63,834 nucleotides of DNA, taken from the NCBI GenBank assembly GCA_035686845.1, contig DASRZA010000447.1, forward strand, positions 1 to 63,834, in the 5' to 3' direction. Shown piece by piece: positions 53,214 to 61,664 of the stretch. How positions within the stretch are numbered: the first letter of the stretch is position 1; every line of letters begins with the position of its first letter. The notes beneath the pieces are model-generated. The model had not been told where the DNA came from. It was given only the letters and a program-made list of their open reading frames with translations, and did not search any database. The DNA comes from Armatimonadota bacterium. GTDB taxonomy: Bacteria; Armatimonadota; DASRZA01. The translations under genes were made by a program, and so were the position numbers.

Positions 53214-54056
53214 ATGCGAAAGATTACAGACGCTGAGATAGAGTTCTTCGATAAGAATGGATATGTGATTTGCCGTGGGGCGCTTCACGCGGATGAGTTA
53301 AACGAGTTCCAGCGGGAGTCGGCGCGGCTGATTGACGAGATTCAATCGGGAGGGCCGGCGGATAAGATGTGCATGAGGGGACCGGAAGGGATTCCTTACT
53401 ATCTTACTTATCTGCACGCCAATCCGAATCATTTCTCGCTGCGGCTGCTCGCCCATCCCTTTGTGGGCGACCTGCTGACCCGGATGGTGGGGCCGGATTT
53501 TATCCCCTGCTATGAATCGCTGGTGTTCAAGCTGCCGGGGCATGGATCCTCGGTGCCGTGGCACCGGGATGGTAACCCGACCACCGGCCAGGAGCGAATC
53601 TTCAATATCGACATCTACCCGGACCGGTCGACGATAGAGAATAGCTGCGTCTGGGTTGTCCCGGGCAGCCATCTCTGGGAACCGGATCGGGCGAACGAGA
53701 TGATCCAGGCTGGCCGGAAGAATTTTGACCTTCCCGACGCGGTTCCCGCCGAAATGGAACCGGGCGACGTCCTTCTTCACCATGTCAAAGTACTGCATGG
53801 CAGCACGGTGAATCGCAGCTCGGAGCTCCGGCGCGTCGTGTACTTCGATAACCGGGCGGCAAGCTGGAACGAGCAGTACGGCTGGTTTAAACCGGAGACG
53901 ATCCGGAAGCGATGCCGGCTTTACCAGTACGCGCTCCACGAGCGGCGAACCAACCCCTACCCGTCGGACGATGAGATATTCCTATACTCCCCGCCCGCGG
54001 GGCTTCCGACCTGGAATCCGGGCGAACCGGTCGATTTGCATGCCGCGCGCGAGTAG
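53214..54056 (+). CDS. Phytanoyl-CoA dioxygenase (PhyH) family oxygenase, second copy
   Basis: The start is set at ATG 53214, preceded by GGAGGA. FFDKNGYVICRGAL, WHRDGN, VVPGSH and LHGSTVNRS. Confidence 0.75.
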   Translation: MRKITDAEIEFFDKNGYVICRGALHADELNEFQRESARLIDEIQSGGPADKMCMRGPEGIPYYLTYLHANPNHFSLRLLAHPFVGDLLTRMVGPDFIPCYESLVFKLPGHGSSVPWHRDGNPTTGQERIFNIDIYPDRSTIENSCVWVVPGSHLWEPDRANEMIQAGRKNFDLPDAVPAEMEPGDVLLHHVKVLHGSTVNRSSELRRVVYFDNRAASWNEQYGWFKPETIRKRCRLYQYALHERRTNPYPSDDEIFLYSPPAGLPTWNPGEPVDLHAARE

Positions 54057-54063
54057 GGATTCC

Positions 54064-54831
54064 TCACCAGTTCCGGCGAGGGCTCACCGTTCGTGAGAGG
54101 GGCGCTCGTGGGACGCCTTCGTAGAGCGCCAGGTCGTACCGGGCGAAAAAGTAGAGACCGGCCCGGCGGAAATGCTCATCGTAGTCCGGGTCACCGGGTT
54201 CACGGGAACCGGATGCGCGGATCAACTCGCTATGCTGTTCCAGGAGGAGCAGCGGGTTCCGGTTGACGTGATGCGCGCTTATATAGAGGAACGGGTTTGT
54301 CCGCACCAGAGCGAAGAGCCGGTCGCGGGCGAGCAGCAGATAGATAAAGCCGGCATTGTCGGACCGGAGTGCGCTCCCGAGATCCTGAGGGTCGAAAAAG
54401 GGAGCGGATGCGCTGCCAGTCACAGAGGGATGAACGTGAAACGTGCCGACGAAACGTCCGCCATCGATGAACGGCATATAGCGGGAATGCGACGTAAGCA
54501 TGCCCGGGAATTCCAGCCGGCCATTCTTCAAGACCATGGGAAAGCCGGATTCCACACCTGGCAGCGCGTTCTGATAGACGTTCAGAAAAAGCGCCGCATG
54601 CTCGCGGAAATCGAGCGTCCACGGCAGTTGGTCAATCCGCCGCGCTATCGTATCGTCGGATGCGCGGGCGATCCATTCCAGCGTGCTGAGCCTGTCCGCA
54701 GTCCCCTGTCCTTCCAGAATGACGGCCGGCAAAGCGACCGGCGTTTCCAATTCTCCTCCCATCGATACTGTTCGTTCGCCCACGAAGCCCCTCTCGTGGC
54801 TGTGTCTTATCCGGTGTAACACAGCAGGCAT
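54064..54831 (-). CDS. Hypothetical protein
   Basis: 255-aa ORF. It contains FHVHPS...FFDPQD, which only loosely resembles a JAMM motif. Confidence 0.5.
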   Translation of the reverse strand: MPAVLHRIRHSHERGFVGERTVSMGGELETPVALPAVILEGQGTADRLSTLEWIARASDDTIARRIDQLPWTLDFREHAALFLNVYQNALPGVESGFPMVLKNGRLEFPGMLTSHSRYMPFIDGGRFVGTFHVHPSVTGSASAPFFDPQDLGSALRSDNAGFIYLLLARDRLFALVRTNPFLYISAHHVNRNPLLLLEQHSELIRASGSREPGDPDYDEHFRRAGLYFFARYDLALYEGVPRAPLSRTVSPRRNW

Positions 54832-54875
54832 CGCGCGTTAGCAGCGTCCCACTCTCCGAGCGCCATCCTCCCGCC

Positions 54876-56090
54876 TTACTCCCGGCGGCGGATCCAGAGG
54901 ATGGCGACGTCGTCCTGCAGATCGCCCTTTGTGAAGGCCCCTATGGTCGACAGCAGAGCGTCTACCGCCGCGGCCGCCGGCGACATCTTCTGCTGCAGCA
55001 CAAAGTTTTGGAGGCGCTCGGTCCCGAAGAAGCCGTCCGCGCCGCGAGCTTCGGTGACGCCGTCGCTGTAGAGAACAAGTCCGTCTCCCAGGCCGATCTC
55101 CACGATGGCGCCCTCGTAGGTAGCGGTGGGGGCGTGGATGACTCCGAGCATAAGACCGGTGCTGGATAGTTCCTCCAATGGCCCGCCTGGGGCGCGCCAG
55201 AGAAGGCCGGCGTCATGCCCGGCGTTGGAATAAACGAGTGAATGGGCTGTAGTGTCCATAATGCCGAGAAATGCTGTGGCGTAGCGGTCCCTGTAAGGCG
55301 ACTCTGCGAGCATTTCGTTTACCGCGGCGATGCAATCGGGTGGACTCATCCTGCCAAAGGCGAGAGCACGGAGGCCGTAACGAATTTCCGCCGTATGCAC
55401 GGCCGCCTCGATCCCGTGCCCGGTGACGTCGCCAAGCAGAATCACGTACCGTCCGCGCCCGAGGTTAAAGACATCGATAAAATCACCGCCGACCTTCGGG
55501 TTACGCGATGCGGGTTGGTAGGCGAACGCGATATCGTAGCCCGGCGGCTCGGACGCGTCGGGGAGGAGGGCGCGCTGGAAGACGATCGCCAGGGCGTGCT
55601 GCGTCTCGTATTCGGATCGCAGGTTACGTTCCTCGCGCCGGACGCCGGCAAGCAGCGCGGAAATACCAAGAGCAGTAAATACGAAGACCGCAATCCGGAG
55701 GTCGTTGGGGGTGTCGAGAGCTGCGTCGGCCCATGTTGGTACCGTCCAGATAGCTTCAGCGGCGACCGCGAGCGCGGTGGCAAAAATCGCGTGGAAATAT
55801 CCCCATCGGAACGCAGCCCAGAGCACGATGAAGAGATAGAGAAAGATCCCTCCCGGGTTTTCCCGCAGGGTGTGGTCGCTGAGCGCGAGACAGAGCGAAA
55901 GGATGAACGAAGCGCCCAGCACGCTGCCGGCGCCGCGACCAGGGCTGTCGGCCGAGATCCAGCGCCAGGCGCCCTGGACCGCGCCCGCGATGCGCTTTAC
56001 TGAATCCGGAATGACTTTGGTGCTGATAGGCTCTTGCTGCATGGCCGCCCGGTCCGGCGCTTGTAATCCGGCGGAGCGGCCGCGGTCCAT
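54876..56090 (-). CDS. Membrane-anchored PP2C (SpoIIE-type) phosphatase
   Basis: N-terminal hydrophobic helices, followed by VGGDFIDVF...LGDVTGHGIEAAV...LYSDGVTEA. Confidence 0.8.
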   Translation of the reverse strand: MDRGRSAGLQAPDRAAMQQEPISTKVIPDSVKRIAGAVQGAWRWISADSPGRGAGSVLGASFILSLCLALSDHTLRENPGGIFLYLFIVLWAAFRWGYFHAIFATALAVAAEAIWTVPTWADAALDTPNDLRIAVFVFTALGISALLAGVRREERNLRSEYETQHALAIVFQRALLPDASEPPGYDIAFAYQPASRNPKVGGDFIDVFNLGRGRYVILLGDVTGHGIEAAVHTAEIRYGLRALAFGRMSPPDCIAAVNEMLAESPYRDRYATAFLGIMDTTAHSLVYSNAGHDAGLLWRAPGGPLEELSSTGLMLGVIHAPTATYEGAIVEIGLGDGLVLYSDGVTEARGADGFFGTERLQNFVLQQKMSPAAAAVDALLSTIGAFTKGDLQDDVAILWIRRRE

Positions 56091-56208
56091 CGCTTCGGAA
56101 GGCGCCGCGCTTCACCGGACGTGACACTACTGATTCAATTGTACGGGAAGTACAAAAGTGAGCGCTCTTTCTGCGAGAGGATCCCGTTAGAATCCGCCGT
56201 TTCGGGGA

Positions 56209-56236
56209 TTGACCGCGCGAGCCATTCCCTTAGAAT
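56209..56236 (+). promoter_or_regulatory. Sigma70-type promoter for the RIC gene
   Basis: TTGACC (56209..56214), a 16-nt spacer, then TAGAAT (56231..56236). Confidence 0.45.
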
Positions 56237-56293
56237 TTAGGGAGGCGGCGTGTATGTGAGTCAACGCGTCAGTGAAGAATGTGGAGAATCCCG

Positions 56294-57034
56294 ATGAATG
56301 AAATCGAACTAACCAAGCCATTGGGGCAGCTTGTCGCCGAAAACCCGGCGCGAGCGCGTGTTTTCGACCAACACGGGATCGATTATTGCTGCGGTGGGAA
56401 AAAGCGGCTTTTCCAGGCCTGCGCCGAAAAGTCGCTGGATCCTGCAGCGGTCATTGCCGAGCTGCACGTCGCTGACCATGTACTGGATCCCGAAGACGCC
56501 CAGCGCTGGAGCAATATGAGTATCGCTGAGCTCGTCGATCACATCGAGAGCACCCATCATTTTTATCTCCGGAACGAGCTTCCGCGCCTCTCGTATCTTA
56601 TTGAGAAAGTCGTCTCTGCGAATGCCGATCGCCACCCGGAATTGTATGAGATCGCGTCCGTCTTCAGCCAATTCCGTGCCGAGGCCGAGGTCCATTTGCA
56701 CGATGAGGAGACAATCATGTTTCCACTCTGCCGAGAGCTGGAAAACCCGCATCCCCGGCTGCGGCGCCGATCGGGCACGATTCGCACTCTCTTCAACTCG
56801 ATGGAGGACGATCATTCGGCGCAGGCGGCTGATCTGGCGGAGTTGAAGAGGCTCACCAATAACTTCACGGCGCCCACCGACGCGTGCGACAGCTATCGAG
56901 TGATGCTCGACACGCTGGCCCACGTGGTATCCGATACGTACCAGCACGTTCACAAGGAAAATAACATCCTCTTCCCTCGCGCTGCCGCCCTCGAATCGAG
57001 CCGGTCAGCCTCCCATGAGGAGGTTATGTCATGA
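56294..57034 (+). CDS. Iron-sulfur cluster repair di-iron protein (RIC, ScdA/YtfE family)
   Basis: FDQHGIDYCCGGKKRL (ScdA_N motif), followed by hemerythrin-like His/Glu-rich helices. The ATG at 56294 is preceded by GGAG. Confidence 0.85.
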   Translation: MNEIELTKPLGQLVAENPARARVFDQHGIDYCCGGKKRLFQACAEKSLDPAAVIAELHVADHVLDPEDAQRWSNMSIAELVDHIESTHHFYLRNELPRLSYLIEKVVSANADRHPELYEIASVFSQFRAEAEVHLHDEETIMFPLCRELENPHPRLRRRSGTIRTLFNSMEDDHSAQAADLAELKRLTNNFTAPTDACDSYRVMLDTLAHVVSDTYQHVHKENNILFPRAAALESSRSASHEEVMS

Positions 57035-57117
57035 GTGCAGCCGGCGGTGACGGAGCGATCACAGCCGGCTTTCATGCGCTAAAGTCGCGGGAGATACAGA
57101 ATGGTAAGGAGTTATGA

Positions 57118-58164
57118 ATGAGACAGATTTCACTCACCTCGCGCCCTCGCAGAGCGTGGGAGGTGGATGAGTCGGGTTTCCCGCGAGCGGGTACCGTAGA
57201 AGAAAAACTGAGGTTTCTCGTTTATTACGCGGTGCTGGCGCCTTCGACGCGCAACACTCAACCCTGGATCTTCCGAACGCATAATAACGCCATTGATCTC
57301 CTGATGGATCCAACCCGGGCGCTTCCCGTGACTGACCCGGAGCATCGTGAAATGATCATAAGCTGCGGCGCCGCAGCCTTCAATCTTCGCGTGGCAATCC
57401 GCCATTTTGGCTATCTGGATCGGTTCATGGCCTTTCCCGATCCCGCTGAGCCGAGTCTGTTGGCGCGGATCGGGCTGGGCGCTCCGGCCATCGCATCGAA
57501 ACAGGAGGAACTTCTGTTCCACGCGATCAAGCTGCGCCGCACATATCGACATCCGTTTCTGGATCGCGCGCTCCCCGAGCCTATGCTCTACCGATTAAAA
57601 ATGGGCGCGCGGCAGGATGGAATGTGGCTGCATTTTTTGGACAAGAAGCCCGAGCGTGAGGCGATGGTGAAGCTCATTGCTGAGGCTGAATATCGACAGT
57701 TGCACAACGGCGCCGCACGTCGAGAAATCCTATCCTGGATGCACCCGGCGCCGCGCCTCGATCAAGATGGCGTACCCGCTTACGCCCTTGGATCAATACC
57801 CCACGTACGAGCGCCCGGCATGGCGGTCTTCGGCGCCCGGAAGACGAAGTTGGATGAAGTCACACTCGACTCCGAAAATCTCGCGCGCGTGGCGCCGGCG
57901 CTCGCCGTGCTGGGAACCGCTTCAGACGACCCCGGCGCGTGGCTGCGCGTCGGACAGACGTTAGAAGAGATTCTGCTCTCGTGCGCCGCCGATCGCGTGT
58001 TCGTATCGTTTATGAATCAGCCGGTGCAGATCGCGGAGCTGCGGCCGCGAGTGGCGGAGATCGTTGGCGAAACGGGCTACGCCCAGATCATCCTGCGGCT
58101 GGGATATGGCGCTTCGGCGACGCCGACGCCGCGGCGATCGACCGAAGATGTTCTAATCTCGTGA
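57118..58164 (+). CDS. Acg-type tandem nitroreductase-fold protein
   Basis: YAVLAPSTRNTQPWIF, about 350 aa in total, with a two-lobed layout. Confidence 0.7.
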   Translation: MRQISLTSRPRRAWEVDESGFPRAGTVEEKLRFLVYYAVLAPSTRNTQPWIFRTHNNAIDLLMDPTRALPVTDPEHREMIISCGAAAFNLRVAIRHFGYLDRFMAFPDPAEPSLLARIGLGAPAIASKQEELLFHAIKLRRTYRHPFLDRALPEPMLYRLKMGARQDGMWLHFLDKKPEREAMVKLIAEAEYRQLHNGAARREILSWMHPAPRLDQDGVPAYALGSIPHVRAPGMAVFGARKTKLDEVTLDSENLARVAPALAVLGTASDDPGAWLRVGQTLEEILLSCAADRVFVSFMNQPVQIAELRPRVAEIVGETGYAQIILRLGYGASATPTPRRSTEDVLIS

Positions 58165-58541
58165 GACTAACGATGGCGGAAGCAGGCGCAGCGCCGCCAT
58201 TCAATCCGCCATTTAGGGGATGCCTGTTCGCGGCGCCACCGCTAACATTCTCCCAACAGCGCACCGGCGCCCCGTGGCGGGACGGTGAAAGTTGAGTAGG
58301 GGCCCGCGGTGTGCTGCGCGTCCACGCGGAGAGAGAAAGACCAATGCAAGCGATATTGACCGACATGAATCAGGTGTCCCTCGGCGGTAATAGCACGGCG
58401 ACGAGTGGAAGGCGCTTCTGTTGTCCTGATTTTCGTGACACGCGGTCCACAGAAAGATCGCATCATCACGCCCGGAGAACCCACGTCGCCCGGAGCGTCC
58501 CCTGCGAAATCTGGCATAAGCCGCATCATAATATCCACGCG

Positions 58542-58919
58542 ATGACCGGCAGCCCCGCGACGGAACGATCGGAGGACATTCTCAAAATTGAAACTTCCCT
58601 GGTTAGAACCGGGGGATGTATTCTGCAGGTCGACGGTGAGGTGGATATCCTGACGGCGCCCCGCCTGAAGGCAGAGATATTCGGAGCGTTAGATCGTGGT
58701 TATTCCCTGGTGGTGATAGACCTACGAGGCACCACCTTTTTGGACGCGAGCGGGATTCGCGAACTGCTCGCGGGTCTGGGCGAATCCCGCCGCCGCAAGG
58801 CGCGCCTGGCGCTGTTCCAACCCAGCGCCATCGTTCGCCGCGTGCTCAGCGTCACCGGTCTGGACACTCTGTTCACTGAACTGGACGGCGAAGAAGCTCG
58901 ATGCATCCAGCGCCGGTAA
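58542..58919 (+). CDS. STAS-domain anti-sigma-factor antagonist
   Basis: The start is set at ATG 58542. LQVDGEVDILTAPRLK...VVIDLRGTTFLDASGIRELL... contains the conserved phosphorylatable Ser context DASG. Confidence 0.75.
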   Translation: MTGSPATERSEDILKIETSLVRTGGCILQVDGEVDILTAPRLKAEIFGALDRGYSLVVIDLRGTTFLDASGIRELLAGLGESRRRKARLALFQPSAIVRRVLSVTGLDTLFTELDGEEARCIQRR

Positions 58920-59944
58920 AGTCGCGTTATTTCCCGGAAGGGACGGGCGTAATAGCCGCGATAGATCTCGCCGCGTTTGAGCGTCTGGTAAAACGCGCCG
59001 GTTTGACCATCATGCGCGTCGCTGCGAGAATTCTCATTCAGAATATAGAGATCGCTGCTGAAACCGGCCAGCAATCCGGGTCTCGCGCTCTTTCGGATAA
59101 GTTCCGCCGCGAGTTCATTCCGCCCGGCCGGCAGCGGCATGTTTTTATTCGCGTCGTCATAGCCCGGATAGCGTCCGCGTGGCGTGGCGTGATAATCCCA
59201 GGCGACGACGATGAGATTCCATACGGTCGGCCTGGATTGAGAATTACGCTCTTTGACCCAACGGCGCAGCGTGTCGGCGCCAAAGCCAGGCTGCAGCCAG
59301 TCATCGTGATTACGGGCGCCATCGCAGAACCCGCTCCAGGTGTCCTCTACCGCAGCAATAAACGGGGCCTTGAGCGCCTCTCCCGGCTGCAGCCCCAGGC
59401 GTATGAGGCCCTTCGGATAGAGTCCGGCGAGAATAGTAAGGCTGTTTCCCTGGTTGCGCCCGACGTAGATGTCGTAGACCGCGATACGATCCGCGTTGAT
59501 CTTGCGCCGAAAGAACGCACAGAGACTTCGCAGCTCGCTCTCTGAGAAGACCCGGGTCTGATCGCGGTCGTACATCTTCAAGACGAGCGCAGGAACAATC
59601 TCCACCGAGCGCGGAAGCCGATCGCGCCAGCAGGTGAAGACGGCGCGGGCGTCCTTGAGCGACATCTCGTGGTGATAAATCAGGTAGAGCCGATTCGCCC
59701 CGTAGTGCCCGGAGAGGAGCCGGGCCGCATTGCCTATTTCTGAGGGTGTGGGAGGCGGAGTCGCCGGGTAGTCCGGTCCGTAGTAGCCCTTTTGCGTAAA
59801 CAGACCCAGAGACGCGTTCAACCAGTAAGAATGTTCGAGCGTGGGAGGCGCCGCGGCGGCGGGTTTGATATGGCCGGCGAGAAACGTGGCAATCAGTAAG
59901 ATGAGGATGGGGACACTCGCACCCGACCTCTTTGAGCGAGTCAC
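58700..59944 (-). CDS. Secreted hypothetical protein; its 3' tail runs antisense through the STAS gene
   Basis: GTG start at 59944. The signal peptide is VPILILLIATFLAGHIKPAAA. The last roughly 70 codons are R/S-rich and overlap 58700..58919. Confidence 0.55.
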   Translation of the reverse strand: MTRSKRSGASVPILILLIATFLAGHIKPAAAAPPTLEHSYWLNASLGLFTQKGYYGPDYPATPPPTPSEIGNAARLLSGHYGANRLYLIYHHEMSLKDARAVFTCWRDRLPRSVEIVPALVLKMYDRDQTRVFSESELRSLCAFFRRKINADRIAVYDIYVGRNQGNSLTILAGLYPKGLIRLGLQPGEALKAPFIAAVEDTWSGFCDGARNHDDWLQPGFGADTLRRWVKERNSQSRPTVWNLIVVAWDYHATPRGRYPGYDDANKNMPLPAGRNELAAELIRKSARPGLLAGFSSDLYILNENSRSDAHDGQTGAFYQTLKRGEIYRGYYARPFREITRLYRRWMHRASSPSSSVNRVSRPVTLSTRRTMALGWNSARRALRRRDSPRPASSSRIPLASKKVVPRRSITTRE

Positions 59945-60033
59945 GCTGCGGTTCCGAGTTCTGATTCTGTCCGTTTCGTGGGGGCGGCAAGCTGGGCTAC
60001 CTCGGCGGGGCTCAACTTAATAATCACGTTCAT
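59941..60033 (-). CDS. Candidate 30-aa upstream ORF
   Basis: GGAGG lies 7 nt upstream of the ATG at 60033. It encodes MNVIIKLSPAEVAQLAAPTKRTESELGTAA. Its TGA overlaps the GTG start of the downstream gene, forming a GTGA junction. Confidence 0.35.
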   Translation of the reverse strand: MNVIIKLSPAEVAQLAAPTKRTESELGTAA

Positions 60034-60284
60034 GAAAGACCTCCGTGCGATGGGCGTGGTACCATGACTTTATCATACCGAAACCCGTAGTAAAGCGCTT
60101 TTAGGGAATTCTCTTTTACCTTCCAATTCGCGTTGCGTGCAAACAAAGACTTTAAATATGGGAGACGAACAAAAGAGGAATGGTGTACGCATTCTGTCGA
60201 AACTGAGTGAAGCTGACATGGGGCGGTGCTGGCGCCACCTTACTCGAATATGGCGCCGGCGCCCGTCCCACAGGGAGATCCTCC

Positions 60285-61478
60285 ATGAACTTCGCAGAAT
60301 CGGCATCACGTCTGGCGGGCCAACTAAGCGAGCGGCGCTCCATGGTCGCGACTGAGGAGGCGGTGAAACAGTCGCTCATTCTCCCGTTCATTCAGCTGCT
60401 TGGTTTCGATATTTACGACCCGCGCGAGGTCATTCCGGAATACAAAGCTGGCTGGGCGAAGGTAAACGAGAAAATCGACTACGGTCTCGCGATCAACGGC
60501 GTGATGGCCCTGTTCATTGAGGCCAAAGGCCCTCATGAAGTTCTGGTCAACTATGATCCCCAGCTTGCCAAATACTTCAACTCCACACCGGAGGTGAAGT
60601 TCGCGATTATAACCAACGGAATCCAGTACCGCTTCTTCACAGACCTTCAGGAGCCTAACATCCTGGACAAGAAGCCATTCCTGGAGTTTGACGCTGAGAA
60701 GGTTACCGACGCGGAGATCTCGATCTTAGAGAAGTTTCAGAAAGAGACCTTCAATGTCAAAGCTCTCGTAGCGTACGCTGAGGACCTGATTTACCTCTCC
60801 ACCCTCAAACATACCTTCCGCAGCCTGCTTCTGGAACCATCGCCAGAGCTCGTCAAGCTCGCGATCAAGAGCACATCGCTTGTCGACGGTTTAGTAACAC
60901 AGAAAGTCGTGGACCGGTTTCGGCCGCTGGTAAAGGAAAGTATTTCTTCTGCAATTCTCGATATCGTCGGTGAGAGCTTCCAAGCCGGGCAGTTGAAGGA
61001 GGCGCCGGAAATCGCCGCGGTTCCCGATCCTACTCCCGCAGCGCCGTTGATAGATGAGCCGAAGAAAGATGCGCGGGAGATCACGGCTATAGAGCTCGAA
61101 TTATACGGCAGAATCATCTCGATAGTACAGCCGGATCTTCCTGAACCAGACGTGATCTGTTATGGAACATCGACCGCATACCTTACCATTCAGTATGGGC
61201 GTGCAGCGTTCAACAGGAATTGGATCCTGCGCCTTTACACGCGAGTCTTTCGCGGGAAATTCGCGATAGTGGTGCGTATTCCTGTTGAGCGCGTTAACGA
61301 ATTAGCGCCTGGGTTCGAGGTGGACGAGGCGCCCCAGATGCCTGGGGGCAGCCGCCTCTACTTTCACTCCGTTGACGATTTAGATCGACTCAAGCCCCTA
61401 CTCGTTGAGGCAGCGAAGCTCGCCGCCGGCCTCATCGCTCCGCACCCGCTCCCGGCCGGCGAAACCGCGGCGAGTTAA
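60285..61478 (+). CDS. HsdR_N-type PD-(D/E)xK domain protein with an unknown C-terminal domain
   Basis: EEAVKQSLILPFIQLLGFDIYDPREVIPEY...KIDYGL...ALFIEAKG fits the type I restriction R-subunit N-terminal nuclease-fold pattern (D...E.K). The ATG at 60285 is preceded by GGGAG. Confidence 0.65.
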   Translation: MNFAESASRLAGQLSERRSMVATEEAVKQSLILPFIQLLGFDIYDPREVIPEYKAGWAKVNEKIDYGLAINGVMALFIEAKGPHEVLVNYDPQLAKYFNSTPEVKFAIITNGIQYRFFTDLQEPNILDKKPFLEFDAEKVTDAEISILEKFQKETFNVKALVAYAEDLIYLSTLKHTFRSLLLEPSPELVKLAIKSTSLVDGLVTQKVVDRFRPLVKESISSAILDIVGESFQAGQLKEAPEIAAVPDPTPAAPLIDEPKKDAREITAIELELYGRIISIVQPDLPEPDVICYGTSTAYLTIQYGRAAFNRNWILRLYTRVFRGKFAIVVRIPVERVNELAPGFEVDEAPQMPGGSRLYFHSVDDLDRLKPLLVEAAKLAAGLIAPHPLPAGETAAS

Positions 61479-61664
61479 AGATGCGCAGGGCTCACGTCCG
61501 GCGCCGCTCATCAGACGCCGGCGAATTAGCGATCGGGACTAGCCGGCGTGGATCGTCGATCAGGGGGTGTTTTGCTTCGCTGAAACGTGCAGCAAAACCA
61601 GTTTGCGATCAAGGAATACGGTCGGCTCGAGGCGAAATGAAACGTTGGGAGCAAAATTTGAAAC

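Noticed and set aside
54064-54831. JAMM/MPN metalloprotease call for the 255-aa protein, based on FHVHPSVTGSASAPFFDPQD.
   Set aside because: The spacing does not fit HxHx7Sx2D, and no upstream Glu motif was recognised. It is left as a hypothetical protein.
56250-56297. 15-codon upstream ORF (GTG 56250) ending in an ATGA overlap with the RIC gene start.
   Set aside because: The SD-to-GTG spacing is only 4 nt and the peptide is unremarkable. It is probably a coincidence of the leader sequence.
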